DNA from: the human T2T-CHM13v2.0 reference genome, Homo sapiens
Assembly (NCBI RefSeq): GCF_009914755.1
Contig: NC_060928.1
Length of the DNA stretch: 64,000 nucleotides
Direction: 5' to 3' (one strand)
The position numbers and the translations under genes are program-made. Shown piece after piece: positions 16,456 to 33,420 of the stretch. Positions within the stretch are counted from its first letter, which is position 1. The number at the start of each line of letters is the position of its first letter. The notes beneath the pieces are model-generated. The model was given only the letters and a program-made list of their open reading frames with translations, was not told the origin of the DNA and made no database searches.

Positions 16456-16699
16456 CAGAATGATTTCTGATTTAAGGAGTGTATGTTCTTGTTGGTGTAA
16501 CATTATTTAATGGATCAAAAAGGTAATGAGTATGCCTGTACATAACCACACGCTAAGCTACATCATTCATACCTGCAGTATTGTTTGAGATTAGGCAACA
16601 GATTTTTATTTTATTAACTAAAAGATCCTCAGCCTAATGAAGGTCACAATAACAGGGCATTAGAGAATGTTTGTTGCTATTGTGTTTTTCTTCTCTTTG

Positions 16700-17333
16700 T
16701 TTTTATTTTATTTTATTTAAGTTCTGGGGCACATGTGCAGGATGTGTAGTTTTGTTACATAGGTAAATGTGTGCCATGTTGGTTTGCTGCACCTATCAAC
16801 CCATCACCTAGGGATTAAGCCCAGCATGCAGTAGCTATTTTTCCTCATGCTCTTTCTCCCATCCCATGCCCCACCCCACTGACAGGCCCCAGTGTGTGTT
16901 ATTCCCCTCTCTGGGTCCATATATTCTCATTGTTCCGCTCCCACTTATAAGTGAGAATAAGCAATGTTTGGTTTTCTGTTCTTGTGTTAGTTTGCTGAGG
17001 ATAGTGGCTTCCAGCTCCATCCATGTCCCAGCAAAAGACATGATCTCATTCTTTTAATGGCTGCATAGTATTCTGTGATGTATATGTATGACATTTTTTT
17101 ATCCAGTCTATTATTGATAGTAATTTGGGTTGATTCCATGTCTTTGCTATTGTGAATAGTGTTGCAATGAACATACACGTTCATGTATCTTTATAATAGA
17201 ATGATTTGTATTCATTTGGGTATATACCCAGTAATGGGATTGCTGGGTCAAATGGTATTTCTGATTCTAGGTCTTTGAGAAATCACCACATTGTCTTCCA
17301 CAATGGTTGAACTAATTTACATTCCCATCAGCT
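16700..17333 (-). mobile_element. 5'-truncated L1PA (about PA8-PA13) 3' end
   Basis: ccatcacctagggattaagcccagcatgca; ORF2 C-terminal peptide GTWMELEATILSKLTQEQKTKH. Confidence 0.92.
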
Positions 17334-19651
17334 GTTGGTTTGTTTTTTTTTTTTTTACTGTTTTGGCCAAGACTTTTAGGATTCCCCTTTCTTTCCAAGT
17401 GAAAATCCAGTATTATTTGCCTTTGTTCTTAATGCATTCTTAGGATAATAATGAAAATATGCAATGATATAAAATACCTTTAAAAATGCCTACTATCTAC
17501 CAATTACTGGAAGAGGCAGGTTGCATTTGTTTTCTTACTGTAAATGAAAATTTTAAACTCATCTATTGGAAGTCATAACTCCTTGAGATTTTGACTATAT
17601 CTTACACATAGAATGCCTTATGAATAATTATTGCTTAGTAAATATTTGTTGGATGGACAGATGAATGGATACTGCATATAAACAGTGTTTCTCAAGCCTG
17701 AGACTATAAGACAGAATGAGTTCTGGGGAGTTACTCAGAGACCTGCCTTGGATGTGCAGGACCAAGGGCAAAGCATACCACATCCTCCCAGAAAGCATCC
17801 ATTTTCTTAATGGTAGGTAATTTAAGTCCTATTTTTTATCAAAGCAAAAATGAAAGTATTGTTTGAGAGACTGTCAAAAATCTCGTGAATTTTTAAGATA
17901 GAGTAAATAAGAGACTTCAAAGGAATGCCATCATGTTGCAGACTTTTTAAGGCTAAGTTCTCCGTCTCTGACACCTTCATTTTTCACCCACCAGCTAGTC
18001 CACACCTAGACTTTGGTGGAAAAGTTTGCATTGCTCTTAAAGGGAGCTTCCACCATCCTTAATATTAATAAAATAGAACCCACTGGAGGCAATTACCCCA
18101 TGGGGGGTCCTGGGTTATTTTATAGGCCACCTCATACTGCATGTGGCTTTAAAATAGCAGAATTTTTTTTTCTGGGAGTATAGTGGTATGAGAATTTATT
18201 TCTACCTTTCTGCCGTTAAGTTACTAACCTTTCCACCATGACATTACAACCTAAAACTCTGAATTTCCAGGACTCGCAATGAAGTGCTCAATATCCTCAC
18301 ATTCTCCTTGCTAGCCTTGACATCTCCCCTGGCACAGCCAAGCTGCCTTCTAGAGTTAACATCAACTTTAGCTTAAGCATTATCTTACATGTGCCTGTCT
18401 CCTAAAAAAGGCCCAGGGTCAGCAGGTTGGAAGCAGGGAGAGGATGCATGTTAATTTCCCTGGGATGCTGGTAGCCTTAGTGGGGAACTTCAGCTCAAGT
18501 ACCACTCCAGGTTTTTCTTCCTTCCCTCACTCATTCTTTCCCATGGGAGGAGGGCTGCCTTTCTGACTAGTGAGTTTCAGAGATGGAGTCAGGCATCCTT
18601 GGGGCAGCCCACTCCCTCTGCACTGGACACATGCATTCTGGTCTGGCTCCCTGCTGTGCCCTCGCAGGCGAAGCCTGGAGTGGTCCATCCACGCCAGGAC
18701 CTGTACAGGTGAGTCTGCTAACTCAAGGGAAAGTGTTTGCAGACTCACATGGCTGCGGATGTGTGTCCATGTTCTCTCACACTGGTTTAGTTAGCTAGAA
18801 AGCTGATTCTTTGGATCTTCATTCCTCTGATTCTCGTGCCATTTTTATGCTTATTTTCAAACTCATGAGGGAAAGAAGGATATTACCCATGGACTCCTAA
18901 TCTTCACTGCATCTTGTCATAGCACCAGAAAATGTGAAAGAGGAACACTTAGAGGACTAATACATCAGATAAGTGGGTTTATAACGAACACTTACTTATC
19001 TTCTGCTTGCGGTCTTAAGCTATCGCCTTGCTGGCCTTGTGTTTGGCAAGGCTGTTCCTAACTCCCGCTGGCTAGAAAATACTTCAGAGTCCATGGACTT
19101 CCCATCTCTTAAGTTAGACCTGCTGGAGACTGCCCTTTGAAGGCCAGTTATTTTCTCTTGGACTTGTCTTTGCCTGCATCACCCACAAAAGGGATGAACA
19201 TCTATGGAGAAATCATATTAATGTGACAGGAGGGTTGGGAGACACCCATAAGAAATTTCTGCAAGATGAAAAAAGCTTGGACTAAGATGAAGGTGTAGAG
19301 AGAGGGAGAAGTGACATATAAAGGCCTTTCTAGCTCTTAAAATCACCTTAGGATACCTTGAAATCTTGCTCTTGTGCTCATCTGTCTTCTCCCACCAAAA
19401 CAAATAGCTGAACAAACAGTGTTGCTAAAAGGTTTAAAGTAAAATTTTCTGAAGTTAGTGCCAGGTGAGGAGGAAGAGCAGAGGGCAAAGCAGTGCACCT
19501 TAAAATAGAGTGGCTGAAATGAGACCCTACCATCTACTTACTGTAAATCTCAAGGGCCATAAGGAATAGCTTCTTTAACCCACGGATTAACAGCCCTCAT
19601 GGGTTGGAAACAACTTCAAAGACCCTTGTCCATGATGAAGAGGAGAGTGCA

Positions 19652-20108
19652 TGTGGTTAAGCAGGTTCACTGTGCACTGGTTAGCAATTTGTCTGAGTAC
19701 AGTGAGACAAAACACCCACACACACAAGCTACATGAAGCAGATTTATTACTTTCAGATAGGCAGCTAGGGATAACAGAAGGCTAGAATTCATTTCGAGTC
19801 AGGCCTCAAGGCTCAGGAAAGATGCCAGGGCAGATGGATTCTCATCAGCCCATTCCTCACTTGCACCATATCTAAGGGATTTCAGAAAGAAGCCCACTCT
19901 GGGTTTTATACCCTGTGGGAAACATGACACTCTGGGTTAAAGCAGTGAAGGGCATCGTGTTTGGGGGGGAACTGTAACAGAACTGAGGCAGGTCCAGTCA
20001 GTCCCTGTCTATCTCAGGATGTTGCATTTCCAGCACATTCTACAGCAATTCTTGCAAACCATAAGCAAGAAAGAGGGAAAAGCAGGGTTGGCCCAAGGAA
20101 TCTGTACA
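19652..20108 (-). mobile_element. ERVL-class solo LTR (LTR47/MER74-like)
   Basis: aagcaggttcactgtgcactggttagcaatttgtctgag..; minus-strand AATAAA (~19743) and TATAAAA (~19905) in LTR order. Confidence 0.7.
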
Positions 20109-20834
20109 CTTGAGAACAGGTATACAGAACCAGTGATAACAGGAGAAGACCATTTTACAGCATGTGAATTCAGCTTTCAGAAGCTTATCATAACTCACTG
20201 CTGTTCATTCAGTTATTTGCAGAAACCTCACCTTAAATCTTCCCAAGAGGCTGGTCAAAGCCAATGAACAGATTAGATCTTCTGGGTCTAAAATCAAGGC
20301 AGCTATAACTTCCAGTCTCTGTGCACCAAACTTATAAAATAAAATGTAGCGATTAAGTTTTGCATTAAGGTAACTTTAAAATTTCTACTGAGTTTCCATA
20401 TTTTAATATGATGCTGAAATTCCTTATGCAATTCTTGATGACTATGCATTTGAATGACTGAATATTTAGCCGAACATTTTAATCTAAGTGTGAATGTGGA
20501 AAATGTTTAGAAAATGAATATTAAAAATGTAACTAAATTCTCACTTGAAAATAATCAAGGTAGAAAAGATTGATCTTTTTACTGAGAAAGTTTGTTTCAT
20601 TTAGAGAAATCTTGTATAAAGTGAAATCATAATTTTTTATTTGGTTGTAAATGATGATACTAAACACTGAAGTCCTTAAATCTAAGGATTCAGAGGAAAA
20701 CTGAAATGTTTAGTGCTCTAAATTATGGCACTAAACTTTCAGAAAACTCTGCACTTTAATCCTTCTGCACAAAATCCTTTCATATCCCATTTTTTTTGTT
20801 TTTCATTCTACTTATCCTATTTTCCCCTTTTTCC

Positions 20835-21045
20835 TTCTTATTAAATTATCATGCAGTAAAATTGACTTCTTTTCTGTGCAGTTGTAGTTTAACACACATA
20901 CAGAGTTATTTAACCACCACCTAAATCAGAATTCAGAAAAATTCTATCACCTGAAAAACCTCCTTGTGTTACTCCTTGATAACCACACTCTTTTCCTCCA
21001 GTAATATTGAACAACCATTGATCTGTCTTCTTATTTTCTAGATTT
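20835..21045 (-). mobile_element. Old L1M 3' fragment
   Basis: taaccaccacc..cagaaaaattctatcacctgaaaa..aacaaccattgatctg. Confidence 0.6.
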
Positions 21046-22087
21046 CAAAAATTACTTATAAAATTTCTGTTAAAAATCTGGAAAGGAAGGGAATAGGTTG
21101 GCAACTTTAATCTCAACAAACTTTTAAAAGAATTAGATCACCTTTTCAAATCTTCTACCAGCTTTTCTTAACTGGGTGTCTTCATCTGAATCATGGTACT
21201 CAGAAAATGATTTCAGTGACTCTTTTCCAACGTCTCGCAAGGATACCCCAAAACTAGTAGTACCATTGTAGGTATGTAGGAGAGAAATTAATTCACTACA
21301 TACAGTGGATGCTTTAGGGTGTCAGAACACATTCCTCTTGCAGAACAAGTTGCAAGAATCAACGAGACTAGTTAATAAACAGAAACTTATCCTAATATGC
21401 AGGTAAATATTTATATACAAGGTGATTCAGCAAAGAAGTAAAAAGTAGGAAGAACCCAAAGAGTATGAAATTAATAAAATGATGTATATAGATGATAAAA
21501 TACTTTGTAGTTATTAAAATAGCTGAAGTCCTAAAAAATCTGTTAGATAAGAATATGCTCATTATAGACTGTCAAGTGAAGGGTATGCAGTGTAAGAGGG
21601 CAAAAACTGAGGCATTGTTGTGCAGGTAAAATGCATTGCCAGTGGTATAATCTTTTCATGGAGGACTTGTAAATGAGTATTATTTTGTTTTTTATACATT
21701 TTTCCTACAAATATTATATAATAAATTATAATTAAGAATAATCAAATAAAATATAGTTATTTTTTAATAACATAAGATAAAGAATAATTTGACAATTTTT
21801 GACCACTTATTTTGCGTATGATGGTCTAATATGTTCACTTGTCTAGACTTCAATCCCCACTTTTATTTTATTTTATTATTATTATACTTTAAGTTTTAGG
21901 GTACATGTGAACAATGTGCAGGTTTGTTACATATGTATACATGTGCCATGTTGGTCTTGTGCTGCACCCATTAACTCATCATTTACACTAGGTATATCTC
22001 CAAATGCTATCCTTCCCCCCTCCCCCCACCCCACAACAGTCCCCGGAGTGTGATGTTCCCCTTCCTGTGTCCATGTGTTCTCATTGT

Positions 22088-25471
<3,384 letters not shown>

Positions 25472-25534
25472 TACGATGTTAGCTGGTTATTTTGCTTGTC
25501 AGTTGATGCAGTTTCTTCCTAGCCTTGACGGTCT

Positions 25535-26545
25535 TTACATTTTGGCATCTTTTTTCAGTGGCTGGTACCGGTTGTTCCTTTCCATGTTTAGTGCTTCCTT
25601 CAGGAGCTCTTTTAGGGCAAGCCTGGTGGTAACAAAATCTCTCAGCATTTGTTTGTCTGTAAAGAATTTTATTTCTCCACTTATGAAGCTTAGTTTGGCT
25701 GGATATGAAATTCTGGTTTGAAAACTCTTTTCTTTAGGAATGTTGAATATTGGTCCCCACTCTCTTCTGGCTTGTAGAGTTTCTGCTGAGAGATCTGCTG
25801 TTAGTCTGATGGGCTTCCCTTTGTGGGTAACCCGAGCTTTCTCTCTGGCTGCCCTTAACATTTTTTCCTTGATTTCAACTTTGGTGAATCTGACAATTAT
25901 GTGTCTTGGAGTTGCTCTTCTCGAGGAGTATCTTTGTGGCATTCTCTGTATTTCCTGAGTCTGAATGTTTTCCTGTCTTGCTAGATTGGGGAAGTTCTCC
26001 TGGATAATATCCTGCAGAGTGTTTTCCAGCTTGGTTCCATTTTCCCCGTCACTTTCAGGTACACCAATGGGACGTAGATTTGGTCTTTTCACACAGTCCC
26101 ATATTTCTTGGAGGCTTTGTTCATTTCTTTTTATTCTTTTTTCTCTAAACTTCCCTTCTCACTTCATTTCATTCATTTTGTCTTCCATCATTGATACCCT
26201 TTCTTCCAGTTGATCGCATTGGCTCCTGAGGCTTCTGCATTCTTCACGTAGTTCTTGAGCCTTGGCTTTCAGGTCCATCAGCTCCTTTAAGGACTTCTCT
26301 GCATTAGTTATTCTAGGTATCCATTCGTCTAATTTTTTTTTCAAAGTTTTTAACTTCTTTGCCACTGGTTTGAATTTCCTCCTGTAGCTCGGAGTGGTTT
26401 GATCGTCTGAAGCCTTCTCTCAACTCGTCAAAGTCATTCTCCGTCCATCTTTGTTCCATTGCTGGTGATTAGCTGTGTTCCTTTGGAGGAGGAGAGGCGC
26501 TCTGCTTTTTAGAGTTTCCAGTTTTTCTGTTCTTTTTAGAGTTTC
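25535..26545 (-). pseudogene. L1 ORF1, disrupted (start codon lost, frameshifts)
   Basis: ORF1 peptides at 25535-26092 and 26159-26365; ATG region replaced by a local duplication. Confidence 0.92.
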
Positions 26546-28459
26546 CAGTGATTTTATCTACTTTTGGTCTTTGATGATGCTGATGTACAGATGGGTTTTT
26601 GGTGTGGATGTCCTTTCTGTTTGTTAGTTTTCCTTCTAACAGACAGGACCCTCAGCTGCAAGTCTATTGGAGTTTGCTAGAGGTCCACTCCAGACACTGT
26701 TTGCCTGGGTATCAGCAGCGGTGGCTGCAGAACAGCGGTGGCTGTAAAACAGCAGATATTGGTGAACCATAAATGCTGCTGCCTGATCGTTACTCTGGAA
26801 GTTTTGTCTCAGAGGAGTACCCGGGCATGTGAGGTGTCAGTCTGCCCCTACTGGGGGGTTCCTCCCAGTTAGGCTGCTCGGGGCTCAGGGACACACTTGA
26901 GGAGGCAGTCTGCCCTTTCTCAGATCTCCAGCTGTGTGCTGGGAGAACCACTACTCTCTTCAAGGCTGTCAGACAGGGACATTTAAGTCTGCAGAGGTTA
27001 CTGCTGTCTTTTTGTTTGTTTGTGTCCTGCCCCCAGAGGTGGAGCCTACAGAGGAAGGAAGGCCTCCTTGAGCTGTGGTGGGCTCCACCCAGTTTGAGCT
27101 TCCCAGCTGCTTTGTTTACCCAATGAAGCCTGGACAATGGCAGGCGCCCCTCCCCCAGCCTCGCTGCTGCCTTGCAGTTTGATCTCAGACTGCTGTGCTA
27201 GGAATCCTTGAGACTCCGTGGGTGTAAGACCCTCCGAGCCAGGTGCGCGATATAATCTCCTGGTGTGCCGTGTTTTAAGCCCGTTGGAAAAGCACAGTAT
27301 TAGGGTGGGAGTGATCCGATTTTCCAGGTGCCGTCTGTCACCCCTTTCTTTGACTAGGAAAGGGAGCTCCCTGACCCCTTGCGCTTCCTGAGTGAGCCAA
27401 TGCCTCGCCCTGCTTCAGCTTGCGCATGGTGCGCTGTACCCATTGTCCTGCACCCACTGTCTGGCACTCCCTAGTGAGATGAACCGGGTACCTCAGATGG
27501 AAATGCAGAAATCACCCATCTTCTCTGTCGTTCACACTGGGAGCTGTAGACGGGTGCTGTTCCTATTTGGCCATCTTGGCTCCACCCAATCCCCACTTTT
27601 CAATCAAATACTTAGCAATACTTGTTATAAAAGTATTTTGTAGATCTGATTAAAGTCCATAATTCATTGACTCTAAGTAAGGGAGGATTTCCTTAGATAA
27701 TCTTGATGGGTCAGATTCAAACAGTTGCAAGTTCTTAAAAGCAGAGTTGAGGCTTCCTTTGGAGGCAGAAATTCTGCCTGTGAACTGCAGCACCAGCTCT
27801 TGCCCAAGAGTTCCAACCAACCTTCACAGAAACCTGCCATGGAAATTTCAGACCTGCATAGCTAGCCCCACAATCACGTAAGCTGATTCCTTGCAATAAA
27901 TTGCTTCAGATATATCTCCAACTGCTTCTGATTTCTGATTGAATCCAAATAGATAAAATGGGCCAAGAAATGTGCCAAGCTTATGCCATGAAATCACTCA
28001 GATGTACATAATATTATCCTCTGCTGTGTTCTGCGTCCCTTCAGAAACTGAAGGATCCCAGCATTTTCAGGTAGGTGGGTGAGGAAGTAAGACAAGGAAA
28101 GAAAAGCAGCAAATAAATGATGTACTCTCAAGCAAATTATCCCTGTGTGTAACAAGATAATGCTGTTGGAGAAATCTGAGATACAATGTAAATTGCTTCA
28201 GAGAAATTTCAAAGAAGAGAAGGGGTGGGAGTGAATGGATGTTTATCAACCAACTCTCCAGTCATCTTGGGTAAGGGGCTTCCAGGGGCTCTAACATCTG
28301 CTACACTCAGGACTTTCTCTGTCCTTGATCTCAGAACCCCTTGCCCAGGAAAAGACCCAGGAAGGGGTTGCAATGACAATTTGTATAAGTCTTTATTAAA
28401 GGTGAAATCTAAAGGCAGTTGGAGTGCTGGTGCATTGATGGCAGCTGCTGCATTTTTCT

Positions 28460-28545
28460 TATTTTTATAGATGAGAAAACTGAGACTAGGCAGTTAATTT
28501 ACCCAAAGTCAAATAGCTAGTAAGACTAAAACTGATTTGTCTCCA
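28460..28545 (-). mobile_element. MIR fragment
   Basis: ttttatagatgagaaaactgagact..acccaaagtcaaatagctagtaag. Confidence 0.7.
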
Positions 28546-28571
28546 AAATCCTTTTAAAACTTTTTCTATGG

Positions 28572-28889
<318 letters not shown>

Positions 28890-30549
28890 CTATGAAACAC
28901 ATAACTAATAATAATAATTTTTTAAACAAAAGAATCAGTGCAGACGGTAACACTCATGCCAACAGAGAATCAGATTGACTGCTATCACTTTCTTTGGTCA
29001 CACTAATTTTTAGGAGTGTCAGCAATGCTTATTTATCCACATTGAATTAACTCAAATTTTTATATTTTTGAGACGCAAGATTCTCTCATTTCTTAGTAGT
29101 AAACACTTCAGGGTGTGCCTTGAACATATTAGCACAGGTAGGGGAAGTCTGCAGTTGGGAGCGTGGGTGTCCCAATGATGCTCCACAATGAGGGTCTGGA
29201 AAGATGTCTGCAGTATTTTATATCTCCTTCTGTCTTTTCCCTTATCAGGAAGTTTGTTTTGCTATTATGTTCTCTTAACACTCAGCCCATATGCATAATT
29301 CCAATAATGTCTGAAGCAAATCTTTTCATTATTCATGAGACATCTGCAGCACCTTTCTGAATACTATGCAAGACACTGTACAGAAGACAAATGTTGAGGA
29401 GAAAGTTAAGTACTTTGCCACATTTATTAGAGGAGTATTATTATTTCAATTCTATAGGAGAGAAAATGAAGGATCTGAGAGATTGAATATAATGATGGGG
29501 GACATGCCTGGTTTGGATTCAAAATCATGGCGTTTATCTTTACAGCAAATGTTCTTTTTATCATGCCATAAATAGTGCCTGTGCAAAAAGGACTGGATGA
29601 CAGATTACCAACTAAGTTACATAAGAGGTACAAAATGTTGGGCAAGATGCCAGGAGGCTGAATTTGGTTATTGCCAAAAGAATAACTCAGGCAAGATGTA
29701 TCAAGAGTTTCCTCTTAGAGAGTCTCAGGAACGTCTGTGTAGAGAAGGTGGATGTGATCAGGATATGCAGAGAAAGGGAAGCACACACAGAGTGGGAGTG
29801 CACCTGCCTGGTGAGAGCAGTGCTGAAGATTTTTATTGGTTCTGGGTGTTGAATGTGTGCACAGCCTTTCTGACTCACAGAATTGTAATTCTATCACATT
29901 GCTGTTCAAATGATGGCTCTTCTCTGAAGCCTTCACTGAACACCTAACAGAGTTAGCCTTGTTTTCTTAATGCTCTCAGAACATTCTCTTCTACGTTGCA
30001 GTGCAGTAGTCTGTCTTGAGGGTCCTGAATCTGAGATACATTTCTTAAGCTAAAATCCAGGATCTACCTCTTCCTAGCTGTGACCTTCACATTTGTTTAA
30101 AGCTAGACTCTTCATTAATGAATGAATTAATGAATCAAATCATATATCTTAAAGCAAAATAAACCTAACCAAATTGTACACGAACAAGCCTCTGTGTGAA
30201 ATAATTTTCCATTTACTCAGCGCAAGTGGTAATGACCGGGACATGTTGTGTGGGGAGTTATTTTAAATACTAGGAGGGTAAAGCAGCTACTGTACATTTC
30301 TATCAGTAAATCTTCCAACTAAATATATTTTCATTTTCTTACCTGACTTAAGATAGCATAGGAGGCCATTTGAAGTTGATTCTAGCAACCAGGCCACACA
30401 CACCCACTTTCAGGAGGTAGAGTTTAAATGTTTATAACCACACTCAGGTCCAGTGGGAAAGGTGTTTACAAGTGAAAAAACAAATACAATAAAACTTCTG
30501 AAATCTGCAACTTCTATACCCTTTTATGAAGGACAGCCTAGAGTAAAGC

Positions 30550-30790
30550 TTCAAAGTGGGTCTCTAGTCATGGGCTGGCTGGGCATGACTGAAAATGCTG
30601 GCTCTTACATTCATAAGGTGTATGACCTTAAAAATTACTTGACCTGTCTAAGCATAATATTTCTCGCCTGTAAAATGAAAATAATAATAACCATAATATT
30701 GTTTGTGAGGTTTGAGTGTGTCAATTTCTACGAATTTCATAGGATAGTAACTCACGAATAGTAACAGCTGTGTAAGTGTTGGCTGTTCCA
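30550..30790 (+). mobile_element. MIR
   Basis: gggtctctagtca..tgtatgacctt..ctcgcctgtaaaatgaaaataataata..tgtgagg. Confidence 0.7.
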
Positions 30791-31049
30791 AGATTGCTGC
30801 AGTGTCAAGGAAGGCTTCAGGTGGGAAGTCACCACTCTTCTGAGAACTGAAAGTAAAAAAGTTAGCTTGACATAGGCAAGAGTGATGGGCATGTCAGGTA
30901 AGGGGAGTGCAGCACGTGCAGAGATCTGGGGGTGAGCAAATATAACCCATGGTGGGATGAGGGTTCAAGGATACAGAGAAGGAAGCAGGCCAAGAAGTGA
31001 GCAAGCAATGGGTCTCAAATATCAGGGGAAGCATTAGAATTGTATCCCA

Positions 31050-31340
31050 GGCCAGGCATAGTGGCTCACGCCTGTAATTCCAGCACTTTGGGAGGCAGAG
31101 GTGGGTGGATCACAAGGTCAGGAGTTCGAGACTGGCCTGACCAACATGGTGAAACCCTGTATCTACTAAAATTACAAAAATTAGCCAGGTGTGGTGGTGT
31201 GCACCTATAATTCCAGCTACTCAGGAGAATTGCTTGAGCCCGGGAGGCAGAAGTTGCCGTGAGCCGAGATGGTGCCACTGCACTCCAGCCTGGGCAGCAG
31301 AGAGAGACTCCGTCTCAGAAAAAAAAAAAAAAAGAAAAAA
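31050..31340 (+). mobile_element. Alu (AluSg-like) with a small right-arm deletion
   Basis: TSD aattgtatccca at 31038-31049 and 31341-31352; gctactcaggagaattg lacks the ggctgaggcagga segment. Confidence 0.96.
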
Positions 31341-32468
31341 AATTGTATCCCAGATATGTAGATTGGAATGAAGGGTTGCAACGGGGGATTAAGAGGGTCA
31401 ACACTTTCCTGACTTTTTCTCACCTGCTGGTAATGCTGGTGGATCTCCAACTCCATATTTTTTACATGCAAGTTGACAGAAGCTGTGGTTCCTCTGATCT
31501 TGTTTGCAGCTTCTCTCCACTGACAAGACTCGAATTTGCAGCTCTAGTCACTTCTACCAGCAGCTACAGAAATGTGACTTTCCTGTGCTGTCTTTAGGCT
31601 GCTCTCATGGGACCAGAACATGTGGCTTTGGGGCAGGGGAAAATTAAGATCCTGCGACTTAATCTGCACTAAAAACATAATGGCGATTCTCTTCTTATGT
31701 GCAATTCAAACTAAAATGTTATTATTTTGAATTTCCAAAATTGAAACAGCTTTTTGAACTAAATTTCCTAGCTGTGTAATTCTAAAGAAAGCTTATTGAC
31801 CTTGAATTTCTCTCTTGTCTCATGACTATTTTGCTTGTGTTTAAGGACATGATTAGTTTTATGTCGAAAGAAAAAAACCCAGCCAGATTTTAGGGTTTTT
31901 CCTAACCGCCCCAGATGGTAACTGGACAGCTCAAGTTTGAACAAAGTAGCTTGTGGGTTGCACCTAGAAGAATCAGCGGGAGAACAATAGGCAGAGAGTG
32001 TGAAACATAGTAAAGTATGACGGGCTGATTGGGTAAATAATGTCACCCAGTGCCACCTCACTATCTACACACCTGGTGGCCTTCACATCAGATACCCTGA
32101 CTTCCTGGGTGTTAACCATAGTAACAGCCAGTCCTTCTGCAGCACACAATGTCCCATCACATTGCTTCAGCGTGTCTCCTTTCTCTGCTGATAAAGATTT
32201 CCTCTATCCTCATCATTTCAGCATTCAAACATGCTGCTATTTATTTTATCTTTAAAACACAGAAAAAAAAAATTCCTCCTGGCCACATTCTCCCAAACAG
32301 GTACCACCCCTCTTCCCTTTGCAGCAAAATCTTTGGCTCCATCTCCCGACTCCTCCTGAAGCCCTCAGTTCTCAGTCTGATTCAGTCGTCAGTTGTCAGT
32401 GTGGATCTACTTTGCTTCTCAGCGACGTCTGACACCATCACTCCCTCTTCTTCCTTGAAATCCCATTC

Positions 32469-32552
32469 TCACCTGGCTTCAAGCATGGTTCTCTCCTCAC
32501 CTGGCTTCCAGCAGGGTCCTCTCTTCACCTGGCTTCCAGCACGGTCCTCTCC
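32469..32552. repeat. Minisatellite, 3 x 28 bp (tcacctggcttccagcaNggtcctctcc)
   Basis: Three adjacent copies differing at a few positions. Confidence 0.9.
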
Positions 32553-32724
32553 TGGTTTCACTTCTACCTCCAGTGGCTGCTATTTGGCTCTTTCATGATG
32601 TACTTTTCTCATGTCTCCTTCCAGTCTGCAAGGCCTCAGGAATCCAGGCTGCTACTTTGTTCTTTTCTTTCCATCCTCACTTCTCTGTGTTGCTCTCATC
32701 CAGTCTAATGGCTTCATTATTTTC

Positions 32725-33420
32725 TGTATTTTTTATTGTCTATATTTAAGGTGGACAACATAATGTTTTGATATACATATATACAAAATATACATGTAAT
32801 ACACATGACATACATATATATGATTACTACAGTCCATCAAATTAACATGTCCATCACCTCACATACTAATCTTTTGTATGTGTGATAAGAACACCTAAAA
32901 TGTACTCATAGCAAATTTCCAATAAACAATGCAATATCATTAACTACCATCCTCATGCTATACATTAGATCTCTAGACTTACTCATCCTACATTACTGCA
33001 ACTTTGTATCTTTTGATATAGATCTCCCCATCCCCCCAGTCCCTGACCCTGGTAACCACTATTCTACTTTCTTTCTATGTATTTAACATTTTTTAGGTTC
33101 CTCATAAATGAAATCACGTCGTATTTTTCTTTGTGTCTGATTTCTTTCACTTACTATGATGTCCTCCAGGTTTGTCCACGTTTCTGCAAATGGCAGAATC
33201 TCCTTTTGTAATGCTGAATTATATTCCTCTGTGTGTGTGTATGTGTGCATGTATGTGCACACATGCCAGAATTTATCCATTCATCTGCCAATGGACTCTA
33301 GATTGCTTTCATATCTTGGCTTTGTAAAGAATGCTGCAATGAAGACAGGAGTGCCAATATCTCTACAAGGTGCTGATTTTATTTCTTTTGGGGATATAAC
33401 AAGAAGGGGGATATTCTGGG
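32725..33420 (-). mobile_element. L1MA 3' fragment
   Basis: tatatttaaggtggacaacataatgttttgata..tacattagatctctagac..gcaaatggcagaatctcc..aatgctgcaatgaa. Confidence 0.88.

Noticed and set aside
21150-21365. Possible hAT MITE (MER112-like)
   Set aside because: Too diverged to call without a profile search
32469-32552. Regularly spaced 28-bp repeats as a CRISPR-like array
   Set aside because: Head-to-tail tandem copies with no unique spacers, in eukaryotic DNA with no cas genes
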